64,000 nt of DNA, taken from positions 32,001 through 96,000 of IMG/VR virus record IMGVR_UViG_3300025132_000022. One strand, given 5' to 3'. The notes under the pieces are model-generated. The model was not told where the DNA came from. It worked only from the letters and a program-made list of their open reading frames with translations, and searched no databases. The position numbers were made by a program, and so were the translations under genes. The stretch comes from a virus. Below are positions 17,666-27,664 of the stretch, piece by piece (position 1 is the stretch's first letter; each line of letters starts with the position of its first letter).

Positions 17666-20600
17666 TTAATCTTCAAATGATGCGCCAGAGTTGGTAATCA
17701 CAAAATCGATTGCGATGAACTCAATTGCTCTAGCAGGCTTCAAGAAGATCTTTGCGTACATAATGTTTCTATCAATCAGGTCTGGGGTCGTTGTTGTGCC
17801 GTCAAGAACAACCTTAAACTCGGTAAGACCAAATCTAGATTTAACGCTATCTAAGAACGGTTCTACTGAACCACGGAATCTATCCCAAGTTGCCTGAACG
17901 TTCTGGTCGAACAACAAGGTCGCTGCTCTTCTGGAAATCTCTTTCTTGACGAAAATCATCAAGCGACGGACGTTAATTCTATCCAGTGCTGAAGGTGTCG
18001 CCTGAAGAGTCTTCTGACCGAAGACAACAATACCCTCTGCTGGGAACTGTGCGATTGGATTGATATTTGCTTCGTACAGTTCGTCTCTTTCTCTTGAAGA
18101 AACTCTCTGTGATACAGCAAGAACTGGCAATCCGCCCGCTCCGTCAGACAACCCACCTCTGGTGAATCCCGCTGGTGCGAACCAAAGTTCAGACTTGGCC
18201 TGAGTGCTGCCAAAAGTTCCAAGAGCGGTTACAGATGGTGGTACCCACACTTGTCTACCATTGATTTGATCTGAGATCTTTACCCATGGGTAGAATGCAC
18301 AAGCGTAACTTGTATCAAGACCTCTGTTTTCTAGGGAGTCTACCGCGTTTCTGACCTTAGAGTTTTGTACTCTTGTCTTGAAATCATCCTTGTTTTCAGT
18401 TGATGGAATGTACCCACCATTTTCGATATCAATAACCGCGAGGGCGTCTGCTCTGTCCTCACAAGTCCTGATAGCGTGGTTTGTAACCCTAGTATTGGTG
18501 ATGCCAGGAAGTGCTAGAGAATTCATCTCAACAACCTCTGGGTCTGACACTGAATCGATCGCTCTCTTGAGGGATGCAATTTCATAAGAAGTTGTCTCAT
18601 CGCCAGATGAGAACTTGGAATTTCTAAAAGGTTCTTTTTCCGTGATATCAAATCCGTCAAACCCACCATACACTGGAACTGTGAATTTTGCAAACCCTGC
18701 CTTGACAAGATCCTTATATCCACCTCTTTTCGCCGTGTAAGATCTATCATTTGCTCTTGAACCACTCACGTAAACTGCTGTACCAACATCCGCTGGTGCA
18801 ATTGACCCCTGACTCTTTCCAAGTGCAGATCCTACGGACCCTGACTTACTAACAATCACGAGGTCATCCAGTGTGAACATGAAAGATGTCTCGATCGTTG
18901 TCGAGTTTGCTGAAGCGTCGTAGTTGCCCTTGGAGAGGAACCCGCTACCCATTCTCCTGGTTACGTCAACAAAAGATGGATCAAACTTAGTGTCCGTTGG
19001 TGTCCTGTATGTAGAAACGCCAAAGTAGGAGTTTTTAGCATTTGACAGACCTTCTGATGAAGCCGTGAGTCGAAGTGGTAGTGTTGGGTATAACAAAGAT
19101 GCTGTGGTATGGGTTGGAAGTCCCAAAACAATCATGTTCGTATGTGCTGCAGACTTTGCACCCTTGTGACAATCTGTAGTCTTAAAGACAACATCTGAAG
19201 ATTCTGCAGTTGTTACTGACCCAGATGTTGCGGTTATATATTTACCCCCGACAGCACTTGCAGTAACTTGCACGGTAAATGCGCCGTATCCAGTGCCGAC
19301 TTTTTGATCATGAGTAATGAGATTACCTGTCTTGTATCTAGGCGGACCATAGAAACCAAAAGGTATTAGCGCTGGATCTGTTACGCCGTTGTCGACATCT
19401 TGATCAACCAACACTCTAAAGAAGGAAGACTGGTTTGGGTAGTTTCCATAGACTCTGTATCTCTTGTCTACATCATCCCATTCTCTGTACTGGTCACCAA
19501 CTTTTCTACCAACATAGTTATTTGAGTTTGGATTTAAACTGCACTGAGAAAATCTCTCTAGAACAAATGGTCTCGCGTCATTGTCTGATATTCTTCTGAC
19601 CAAGATAGAGAAAGTTCCATAGGGATCTATGTCATTGCCAGGTTTAACATCCGTTATTGAGACTTTTAAGTATCTGGTGTTCCACCCGCCATCGTTAATG
19701 CCACAAAATCTAAACAACTTCTGCATGGCAGCAGCTTTGTACCCTGCGCCAGTAGCGTTCAAGTCTTGACCGAAGATCCAAGGTGTTCTAGAATCCTGGT
19801 TTGGCAATTGTCTGACTAGTCCGTTTGCAGTTCCATGCAATGGTACGATCATTGCAGAAAGTGAGTTGTCTGCGGACAGGGCACCTTGGTGCAGTGTCCC
19901 ACTTACTCCTGAAAATCCATGATGATCTCTAACAAATCTATCAAACGTCTCTCCCAAGAAGTACTTATGCATACCTGCTGTCTGGGTTGTATCGCTGTTA
20001 GTTAAAGTAGGATTGGTATTAAAGACCTTTCTAATGTACTTATCTGAATTTCTGTCAAAGTTGAAGGTAACCTTCCTCTCTGCCTTAGTTCCATCAGTCA
20101 ACAAAGCATTGAACTCCATCTTTGAAGCATCGGATGACTCTATCAGTACGTGTGATCCAGTACCATGCACTCTGCCTGCTGGAAAGTTTCCTCTGGTGCC
20201 TCTAAGGTGCGCTAAGTTACCTGAAAGTGCCATTGTGCCTGCTTGTAGATAAAAAATTGCTCCAAGAGTCCCTGACATCGTGCCGAAGTGATCGAGTGCA
20301 AACTGCGTGCTGCTCACAAGGTTATGTTGACCGTGCATTGATTCTCGTCTGTCTACGCCACCTGTAGAAAAAAGGTATAAACCGTAAACTGAGGACAAAG
20401 TTGAATCTTTCGCATCCAAACTACTATCTAGCGTCCACCCTGCAGAACCCGCAGAGGTTGCTTGGGCATCCTCGGTACCAAGAAGTCTTACGACATTAAC
20501 TGGTCCACTGTTTCTTAAAAATGCTTGTGCAGCATAAGCAGCATACGTTGGTGCTGTCTCATTACCTTCACGCCAAATATCGCCACCTTTTCCACCTGGA

Positions 20601-20788
20601 ACTGGGTTACCAAAAACCTCAATGAATTGTGACATGCTATCTACCCTAAGAGGGACTAGACCTGGACCTTTTTGAAGGCGACCAATGATGGTAGGACCTA
20701 CTGCCTCTGGTTCTCGTGCCAGTTGAGAGTTATCGATCTCGTTGAGAAAGATACCTGGGGATACGAATTTAAACTTCTTTACAGACAT
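17666..20788 (-). CDS. Tail sheath protein (gp18-like, 1040 aa)
   Basis: FVSPGIFLNEIDNS N-terminus; WVPPS, WFAPAGFTRG, INPIAQFP, VFGQKTLQ, ALDRINVRRL, KPARAIEFI C-terminal sheath motifs. Confidence 0.95.
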   Translation of the reverse strand: MSVKKFKFVSPGIFLNEIDNSQLAREPEAVGPTIIGRLQKGPGLVPLRVDSMSQFIEVFGNPVPGGKGGDIWREGNETAPTYAAYAAQAFLRNSGPVNVVRLLGTEDAQATSAGSAGWTLDSSLDAKDSTLSSVYGLYLFSTGGVDRRESMHGQHNLVSSTQFALDHFGTMSGTLGAIFYLQAGTMALSGNLAHLRGTRGNFPAGRVHGTGSHVLIESSDASKMEFNALLTDGTKAERKVTFNFDRNSDKYIRKVFNTNPTLTNSDTTQTAGMHKYFLGETFDRFVRDHHGFSGVSGTLHQGALSADNSLSAMIVPLHGTANGLVRQLPNQDSRTPWIFGQDLNATGAGYKAAAMQKLFRFCGINDGGWNTRYLKVSITDVKPGNDIDPYGTFSILVRRISDNDARPFVLERFSQCSLNPNSNNYVGRKVGDQYREWDDVDKRYRVYGNYPNQSSFFRVLVDQDVDNGVTDPALIPFGFYGPPRYKTGNLITHDQKVGTGYGAFTVQVTASAVGGKYITATSGSVTTAESSDVVFKTTDCHKGAKSAAHTNMIVLGLPTHTTASLLYPTLPLRLTASSEGLSNAKNSYFGVSTYRTPTDTKFDPSFVDVTRRMGSGFLSKGNYDASANSTTIETSFMFTLDDLVIVSKSGSVGSALGKSQGSIAPADVGTAVYVSGSRANDRSYTAKRGGYKDLVKAGFAKFTVPVYGGFDGFDITEKEPFRNSKFSSGDETTSYEIASLKRAIDSVSDPEVVEMNSLALPGITNTRVTNHAIRTCEDRADALAVIDIENGGYIPSTENKDDFKTRVQNSKVRNAVDSLENRGLDTSYACAFYPWVKISDQINGRQVWVPPSVTALGTFGSTQAKSELWFAPAGFTRGGLSDGAGGLPVLAVSQRVSSRERDELYEANINPIAQFPAEGIVVFGQKTLQATPSALDRINVRRLMIFVKKEISRRAATLLFDQNVQATWDRFRGSVEPFLDSVKSRFGLTEFKVVLDGTTTTPDLIDRNIMYAKIFLKPARAIEFIAIDFVITNSGASFED

Positions 20789-20842
20789 ACTGGAATTCTC
20801 CTTATAACAAAAAATTTACAAAAAATATTATTTTCTCTCTAT

Positions 20843-20850
20843 TAAATAGT
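20843..20850 (-). promoter_or_regulatory. Putative late promoter ACTATTTA upstream of sheath
   Basis: Exact motif, intergenic, just downstream of a terminator. Confidence 0.7.
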
Positions 20851-20879
20851 CCTTGGAAATTGTAAAAGTTGGGAAAAGA

Positions 20880-20913
20880 AATAAGAAAAGGAATAGGGGG
20901 GCAAACGCCCCCC
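20880..20913 (-). terminator. Intrinsic terminator after the 1201-aa fibre gene
   Basis: GGGGGGC-GTTT-GCCCCCC stem followed by a pyrimidine/T-rich tract on the minus strand. Confidence 0.75.
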
Positions 20914-20928
20914 ATTTAGGTGGGTTTA

Positions 20929-23900
20929 TTAGAACTGATGTGATCCAGACAAGTACTGTATAGTCAATACATCATCACTATCCATTGCAAGAGACTCGTG
21001 CAAGAATATCTCAGTTCCAGCAATTGGTGTTGAACCAGAGGTCACGATTGTCACCTCACCACCAGAGACATCTGGTTCGCCTGACTGCTTGTAGTCATGG
21101 TTCTGACCTGCCTGTAATCTAGACTCAAGAGGTGCTGGGTAATTCGATGCAGGGAATTGCTCACTGCCATAAGTAGATGTGAATTTACCAGACTGACTAG
21201 ACCTAGTAAAACCAGTACCAATCTGAACACTACCCTCTATGGTGCCTGCCTTGTACGTTACCTCAATTGACGCAGTACCATTGATACTGGAGGTAGCGTT
21301 CAAAGTTACCGTCGCAAGATCTGCCTGAGTGTTGAGTGCTGTGTTCATCGCAGTAGCGAGGTTTGCAACAACATCTCTCCAGTCCTGAATGCCCGATCTT
21401 GCTTCAACAGGAATGTCGAATCTCTTTGCACCAGGGTTGTGATCACTGTAGTTGAGGTTAATACTAGCACTTACTGGCAACGGTGAAGAACTGCCGTCTG
21501 CTAAGTGAAAGATATAAGTCTGACTACTAGTACTCTGAACAAGTATAAGTTGCGCTAAACCAGATGAAATAGGCGCATATGTATTGTTCTGCGGATTACT
21601 ACCACCAGATGCTTTACCTGTAACGGTGGAATTGGTTGACCCAGAAGTGAACACAAGTCTGAAAGTACCTGGTTGTAATCCACCACCGCTATTGTAATCA
21701 ATGCGATAGTCGCCGTCATTCTTGTAACTTGCCTGCTTCGCGTTACTCTTAACAAGCAAGAGACCGTTGAAGTAAACCATTTCAGAACCTGAAACCATTC
21801 TGATCTCCGATAAAGAACAGGTAGTATACAGTGAACCAGAACCTTGCGTTGGCTGGGTTCTGTTAACAATCTTCTTGGAAGATCTGGAAAAGATTCTCCT
21901 CTTCCAACCTACACTTAGTTGTCCATTGGCAAACACGATACCTCCGTGAGAGTTGCTTGTATTGTTTACAATGTCGCTGTTAAGATTCGCTTTCTTAACG
22001 ACGTCAGCACTCACAATCTGACCTACCTCTAGTTTATCCACGTCGAGCGTGTGTGTATCTACAGCAGAACCAGACAATGCATCAGATGTAACCTTGTGGA
22101 TCGTAGCAGTTGCTGATCCTGACAGGTTAGTGAAATCAAGTTTTCTAATTTCCAACTTATCTACATCTATTGTGTGTGCGTCAACAGTTGAACCAGATAT
22201 AATCCCAGTCATTGTCATCGATGTACCATCAACATCATTAGCAGTCAACTTATCTGTATCCAGAGTGTGTGCCTTTACCGTAGACCCTGTCAGCGTCGTA
22301 TAATTCATTGATGTACCATCAACGTCCCTGATGTTTGCCTTGTTAGAGTCAATCTCAAAGACTGTTGCCAAAGTACCAGTTACAAGTTGTGCTCTGAAAG
22401 TCGATCCGCTAAAGATAGAATCTTGTGCTCCCATTGATTTCGCAATTGAAATGTCGTGGAATATACCGACTGAAGCAGAGAGTGTACCAGAGACACCAAA
22501 TCTTTGTCCCTTGTCGCTCACAGATCCACTCAACGATGCGCCCTGAGTAGTTCCGATCTTAAATAGAAGATCTTTACCAGCACCAGATCCAGCATCGCCC
22601 AAGATTACGCTTGCGACACCCGCCGAACCAGAACCTGCTGTACCACCAATCTGAAGACCAGCGCCTTCGGCGTCTGCTCCCGACGATCCGCTTGCAAACG
22701 GAATATACTGCTTTTGAGGAACCTCAAAGTTTTCAGAAGTAGATACACCAGATGTTATCTTTCTAGCAGAAAGGTCATCCACAACCAACTTGTGAAACTT
22801 ACCAGATGATCCTGATATATCATTACCTGTAAGTACGTGCAAGTTAGAAGTTCCAGAAGATGTAACGTTAGTTACCACTACCTTGCGGAAGTCGCCTTCG
22901 TCACCATCAATCTTGTGAAGCAGTGAGGTTCCAGAACCAGATACAACTGGTGCTATCACCTTGTTGAAAGTACCTTCGTCAACATCAACTTTGTGAATTG
23001 TTGCAGTGCCAGAACCCGTAAGAGTCGTAGCGATCAACTTATTGAAAGTACCTTCGTCAACATCAAGTTTGTGTGCTTGCGCCGTTCCTGATCCACTGAT
23101 CATGTACGAGGCGGCCGCTCTTACAGAAGAGAACTTGACACTGTTAAACGTACCCACGTCAACGTCCAACTTGTGTAAGTTTGCAGTTGAACCTGTGATT
23201 GTGCCGTTACCAAGTCTTGCTTCTAGTAATCTCACGTCTACTTCGTCAGCATCCAACTTATCAAAATAAGTATTTCTACTTATGTTGGACTGAGAAACAG
23301 AGGTAGCATAGATTGTATTAAATCGGTTATCATTGAACACACCGAGATCTAACCACTGTTCTACTCTCGCAGTCGATGTAGAACCTGATGAAACAGTTTC
23401 AACGAACACACCAGTGTTTGAAGATTCTCCTGCCTGACCCTTTGCATCATTACCAGCATTGTTTGCAATTGGATGATTAGCACCTGATGCATCACCAGCA
23501 ATTCTAAGAGCAAGGTTGGTACCCAGTCTGTGAGTGGATGTTGGTGAACCCATATTAGTGAACTTACCACCACCTACTGCGATACCGCCAGGAGCGGCCG
23601 CTGATTGCTTATAGGTAACTGTAATACTCGCTGTGTGACTTAACTGACCTGCACCACTCAATGCGATAGTTGCTAATCCTGAAGGTATATTTGTGTTTAT
23701 ACTGTTGTAAAAATTGGTAACAACTGTTCTCCAATCGGTGATGCCAGAAATTGCCTCTACTCTAAACTGATATATATCATCACTAGAGAAGATACTTAGA
23801 TCGTTTGCTGTTGGCAAATTCGTACTGGTGCCATCGGACAAGAAGAAAAGGTAACCTTCACTACCAGAACCTCTAATTTCCAAAAGTTGTGCCTTGTACT

Positions 23901-24534
23901 GCGCCGCTGGTCCGTAGGTTTTGCCTCCTGCACCAGTAGACCCAGATGTGAATATAAACTTATACGTTCCTGCCTGCGCTGGAACAAGTGGTTTAGCAGA
24001 TGGTCCGAATGCATCTGCGCGAAGTTCCATTGAACCTGACTGGTTTCCTTGAACCGCTCCACTTGAATGAAGTGAAATTCTTGTCTTCGCGTTGATCGTA
24101 AGACCAGTCTTTGAATCTGCAAAGATCTCACCAGTAGAACCGCTTATGCCTGTAAAAGCAAACACCACCTTACCTGCGTTTGAAGCAGTGAGATGCACGC
24201 CGTCAGTTCTTATTTTTGCGATACCATCGAATCCAGTGCCATTGTTATATTGTACAGCACCTTCATCGCCTCTCGCGGCATTCGAAAGGGACAATGCAGT
24301 TTTCAGTTGACTGAAGTTGAATCCTCTCGCATTGTTGTTCGTCGCATCACCAGCAATGAAAAAGTCGCCATCAATAAAATCGACGTGGCCACTGTTACCC
24401 TGTGTCACATCTAGGTGAGTAACCTGGACTGACCCTGACTGGATATCTGCTCTCGTAACTGCACTTGAACCTAACTTAACTGTTGTTATTGCACCATCTA
24501 CAATGAGTTTGGTGCCTATTTTTGTTAATGCCAT
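20929..24534 (-). CDS. Fibre-like virion protein, paralog 2 (1201 aa)
   Basis: GAITTVKL N-terminal repeat, HKLDVD-type repeats, Ser/Gly/Thr-rich; colinear with 24621-26897 plus two insertions. Confidence 0.75.
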   Translation of the reverse strand: MALTKIGTKLIVDGAITTVKLGSSAVTRADIQSGSVQVTHLDVTQGNSGHVDFIDGDFFIAGDATNNNARGFNFSQLKTALSLSNAARGDEGAVQYNNGTGFDGIAKIRTDGVHLTASNAGKVVFAFTGISGSTGEIFADSKTGLTINAKTRISLHSSGAVQGNQSGSMELRADAFGPSAKPLVPAQAGTYKFIFTSGSTGAGGKTYGPAAQYKAQLLEIRGSGSEGYLFFLSDGTSTNLPTANDLSIFSSDDIYQFRVEAISGITDWRTVVTNFYNSINTNIPSGLATIALSGAGQLSHTASITVTYKQSAAAPGGIAVGGGKFTNMGSPTSTHRLGTNLALRIAGDASGANHPIANNAGNDAKGQAGESSNTGVFVETVSSGSTSTARVEQWLDLGVFNDNRFNTIYATSVSQSNISRNTYFDKLDADEVDVRLLEARLGNGTITGSTANLHKLDVDVGTFNSVKFSSVRAAASYMISGSGTAQAHKLDVDEGTFNKLIATTLTGSGTATIHKVDVDEGTFNKVIAPVVSGSGTSLLHKIDGDEGDFRKVVVTNVTSSGTSNLHVLTGNDISGSSGKFHKLVVDDLSARKITSGVSTSENFEVPQKQYIPFASGSSGADAEGAGLQIGGTAGSGSAGVASVILGDAGSGAGKDLLFKIGTTQGASLSGSVSDKGQRFGVSGTLSASVGIFHDISIAKSMGAQDSIFSGSTFRAQLVTGTLATVFEIDSNKANIRDVDGTSMNYTTLTGSTVKAHTLDTDKLTANDVDGTSMTMTGIISGSTVDAHTIDVDKLEIRKLDFTNLSGSATATIHKVTSDALSGSAVDTHTLDVDKLEVGQIVSADVVKKANLNSDIVNNTSNSHGGIVFANGQLSVGWKRRIFSRSSKKIVNRTQPTQGSGSLYTTCSLSEIRMVSGSEMVYFNGLLLVKSNAKQASYKNDGDYRIDYNSGGGLQPGTFRLVFTSGSTNSTVTGKASGGSNPQNNTYAPISSGLAQLILVQSTSSQTYIFHLADGSSSPLPVSASINLNYSDHNPGAKRFDIPVEARSGIQDWRDVVANLATAMNTALNTQADLATVTLNATSSINGTASIEVTYKAGTIEGSVQIGTGFTRSSQSGKFTSTYGSEQFPASNYPAPLESRLQAGQNHDYKQSGEPDVSGGEVTIVTSGSTPIAGTEIFLHESLAMDSDDVLTIQYLSGSHQF

Positions 24535-24575
24535 TTCGCATATCTCCTTTTTGTTAGTTTAACAACAAAACAATG

Positions 24576-24606
24576 TATAAAATAAGGGGGGAGAGGAACT
24601 CCCCCC
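24576..24606 (-). terminator. Intrinsic terminator/hairpin between the two fibre genes
   Basis: GGGGGGAG-TTCCT-CTCCCCCC then TTATTTT on the minus strand. Confidence 0.7.
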
Positions 24607-24620
24607 AAAATAACCTAAAC

Positions 24621-26897
24621 TTATGAAATCGTACCAGATAGATACTGAACGACCAAAATATCATCAGAATCCATGGTAAGACTCTCGTGCAACTCGATTG
24701 TTACAGGACCATTGCTACTGTTGTAGTCAATGGTATAGTCACCGTCGACTGGTGGGCGCTGCGCTGCTGGAGCAGGGATCAAAAGTACACCATTTAGATA
24801 TACCATCTCAGAACCAGACATGATAATCGTTGGATTACCAGCAGATGTTGCAAGTGATGCTGTCGTGTAGAGAGAACCAGAACCCTGAGTAGGTGCTGCT
24901 GCTCTGTTTGCCACTGTTGCATCTCTAGAGAATACCTGCCTCTTGTGACCTACACTCAAAACACCGTTGGCGAAGTTCAAACCACCATGACCATTGTCAA
25001 TATCATAAACAATGTCTCTGTTCAAGTTAGCTGCCTTTACAACGTCTGTTGTAACGATAACACCAACTTCAAGTTTGTCTGTGTCTACGGTGTGTGCATC
25101 AAGGATCGAACCTGAAATAACATCAGAAGTTACCTTGTGAATCGTAGCGGTTCCAGAACCTGAAATTGCTGACGTAACGTCAAGGTCTCTAACCTCTGCC
25201 TTGTCAGTGTCGAGCGTGTGCGCATCGACGGTCGATCCAGAGATAACACCAGTGAATGTCGCCGATGTACCATCAAGGTCGTTCACAGTTGCCTTATCTG
25301 TATCTGTGGTATGTACCGAAATGGTAGAACCAGAGATCGTTGTAAAGGCAGCAGATGTACCATCAAGATCAAGAATGCTTGCCTGATCTGCGTCAATTTC
25401 ATGATACTGAACCAAGGTACCTGATAGGTTGTGGAATGTACCTTGAGAACCAGAGAACGATGTCGCTGTCAATCCCTTAGCAACGTCCAATTCCTGGAAA
25501 ATACCTACTGACGCTGAAAGCGTACCAGATACACCAAAGAGGACTGCGTCATTCTTTCTACCACCGTTAGTTGAAAGCGAAAGACCTTGTGTAGATCCAA
25601 TCTTGAAAAGAAGATCTGCACCTGCGCCTCCGCCTGCGTTACCTAAGATCACGCTTGCGACGCCTGCTGAACCAGATCCTGCCGTACCACCGATTTGAAG
25701 ACCAGCGCCCTCAAGAGCGTCGCCTGCTGAACCTGATGCTGCTGCAATAATCTGCTTATTAGCAATTTCAAAATGCTCTGAAGTTGTAATACTAGATTTG
25801 TAAGTTCTTGCATCGAGTTGATCTACAACCAACTTGTGGAACTTACCAGACGAACCAGAAAGATCATTAGCAGTCACAACATGAAGATTTGACGTACCTG
25901 ATGATGTAATGTTTGTAGCAACCACCTTACGGAAATCACCTTCATCACCGTCAATCTTGTGAAAGAGTGACGTGCCAGAAGACGTAACTACTGTTGCAAT
26001 TGCCTTGCGGAAATCACCCTCGTCAGCATCCAACTTGTGGATTGTTGAAGTTCCTGAACCAGTGAATACAGTTGCAATCGCCTTGTTGAACGTACCTTCA
26101 TCAACGTCTGCTTTGTGAACATGAATATTGTTTGAAGCAGAAAGATTAGTTGTCTTGATTACGTTAAAAGTACCCTCATCTACATCCACTTTGTGAATTG
26201 ATGCTGTACCAGAACCAGTGATTGTAGTAGCAACAAGTTTTCTAGTGTCTACTTCGTTTGCATCCAACTTGTGAATTGTTGAAGTTCCTGAACCAGAAAT
26301 TTGATTTGCATATACATACTGGAATCTTCTACCTGCTGCACCAAGATTTAGTCCCAAATCTGTTGCTGGTTGAAGTGCTGTTGCAGTGAGTTCCAACTCG
26401 TCAGAACCATTGATATTGAATGAAAGTGTTGTCTTAGCATTCACTGTAAGTCCAGTTTTAGAGTCTGCGTAGATCTCGCCCGTAGAACCTGAAATAGCAG
26501 TGTATGCGAACACCACCTTACCACCATCAGACGCAGTCAGGTGTACACCGTCAGTCCTGATTTTAGAAATTGCATCCATTGCGTTGGTACCGCCTGCGCC
26601 GTGGAACTGAATGTGCCCCTCGTCACCGACTGCTGCGTTTGACGCAGATACTGCTGCCTTGAGATGTGCGAACGTTACCGTCCTCATACCACCGCCGTCG
26701 CCCTTTGATGCGGAAACGATCAAGACGTCCGCATCTTCAAGATGTGCAACGTCGTTTCTTGCCTGAAACAGGTCTAAGTGACCAACTTGAACTGAACCTG
26801 ATTGAATTTTGTCTCTCGTGATTACCGACGTGCTAAGTTTTGCAGTGGTAATCGCGGAATCGGCCAAGAGTTTTGTGCCTATTTTTGTTTTAGCCAT
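24621..26897 (-). CDS. Fibre-like virion protein, paralog 1 (758 aa)
   Basis: SAITTAKL N-terminus, about 22-aa HK[LV]D.DEG repeats, C-terminal EMVYLNG...DYTI adaptor-like domain; SD AAGGAG. Confidence 0.75.
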   Translation of the reverse strand: MAKTKIGTKLLADSAITTAKLSTSVITRDKIQSGSVQVGHLDLFQARNDVAHLEDADVLIVSASKGDGGGMRTVTFAHLKAAVSASNAAVGDEGHIQFHGAGGTNAMDAISKIRTDGVHLTASDGGKVVFAYTAISGSTGEIYADSKTGLTVNAKTTLSFNINGSDELELTATALQPATDLGLNLGAAGRRFQYVYANQISGSGTSTIHKLDANEVDTRKLVATTITGSGTASIHKVDVDEGTFNVIKTTNLSASNNIHVHKADVDEGTFNKAIATVFTGSGTSTIHKLDADEGDFRKAIATVVTSSGTSLFHKIDGDEGDFRKVVATNITSSGTSNLHVVTANDLSGSSGKFHKLVVDQLDARTYKSSITTSEHFEIANKQIIAAASGSAGDALEGAGLQIGGTAGSGSAGVASVILGNAGGGAGADLLFKIGSTQGLSLSTNGGRKNDAVLFGVSGTLSASVGIFQELDVAKGLTATSFSGSQGTFHNLSGTLVQYHEIDADQASILDLDGTSAAFTTISGSTISVHTTDTDKATVNDLDGTSATFTGVISGSTVDAHTLDTDKAEVRDLDVTSAISGSGTATIHKVTSDVISGSILDAHTVDTDKLEVGVIVTTDVVKAANLNRDIVYDIDNGHGGLNFANGVLSVGHKRQVFSRDATVANRAAAPTQGSGSLYTTASLATSAGNPTIIMSGSEMVYLNGVLLIPAPAAQRPPVDGDYTIDYNSSNGPVTIELHESLTMDSDDILVVQYLSGTIS

Positions 26898-26970
26898 TTT
26901 AATTGCTCCTTAAATGTATTGTTATTTTTTTACACGAACAAAAACCAAACAGCATATAAAACGGACTGGT

Positions 26971-27186
26971 TTATGAGAAGAGAACCTTCTTTAAATTTCT
27001 AACGTTATTATCAAACTTACAAAACTCAGAATTCAAAAACTCTAACGAAAGAGCTTGGCACTCACCCAACCGATCATCAAACTCAAAATGAAACTTTCCT
27101 GAATCTAACCGCCTACATCTAATCAGGTTAATACCCTTCAACTGTAAGTAAGCGGCGATCCCTATATCAGATGTTGTAAAATTCAT
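26971..27186 (-). CDS. Small protein, DUF5659-like
   Basis: TTSDIGIAAYL...GKFHFEF pattern; own promoter motif and SD. Confidence 0.6.
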   Translation of the reverse strand: MNFTTSDIGIAAYLQLKGINLIRCRRLDSGKFHFEFDDRLGECQALSLEFLNSEFCKFDNNVRNLKKVLFS

Positions 27187-27208
27187 ACTATATTATACCT
27201 CTCTCACC

Positions 27209-27216
27209 TAAATAGT
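27209..27216 (-). promoter_or_regulatory. Putative late promoter ACTATTTA upstream of the DUF5659/fibre operon
   Basis: Exact motif, intergenic. Confidence 0.65.
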
Positions 27217-27218
27217 GC

Positions 27219-27650
27219 CTACTGCTTAACAAATGCTAGATTTCCTGACCCAGCTTCATCTAATTCTAGTGTATATCCTGCATTTGGGTCCAATGAGTAC
27301 CTTTCTCTGAGTTCTTGGACAAATTTTTCGTTATTTTCACGAACATTTTCAATTTCTTCAAGTTTTAAGAGTTTCTGCACTTCATGATCCCTCATGTAAA
27401 CACCGTATTCTGTGAGTCTTGAGTTGAGCAAATCCCTGTTTGCGAAGAACGTCTTCGTATCTGATGGTTCCAAAACAACATAAGAATCGTCAATCTCCTC
27501 CTCTTCAGTATCTGTCCACTCTTCCTCGATATCTTCTGGGTTTACGCCCGACTTCAGTGTCTCTGCGGCAAGCAATGCCTTATTTGCCAACTCTGGATTT
27601 TCTTCCTTTAACTCGTCCAGCATCCCTAATAATTTATTCAAAACTGACAT
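27219..27650 (-). CDS. Acidic hypothetical protein (143 aa)
   Basis: SD AAGGAGGT; ACTATTTA motif at 27682-27689. Confidence 0.7.
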   Translation of the reverse strand: MSVLNKLLGMLDELKEENPELANKALLAAETLKSGVNPEDIEEEWTDTEEEEIDDSYVVLEPSDTKTFFANRDLLNSRLTEYGVYMRDHEVQKLLKLEEIENVRENNEKFVQELRERYSLDPNAGYTLELDEAGSGNLAFVKQ

Positions 27651-27664
27651 TCTCTACCTCCTTA

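Noticed and set aside
20929-26897. Invertible or DGR-type fibre switching between the paralogs
   Set aside because: The copies are in direct orientation and differ mainly at synonymous positions; no invertase, RT or adenine-specific variation is visible
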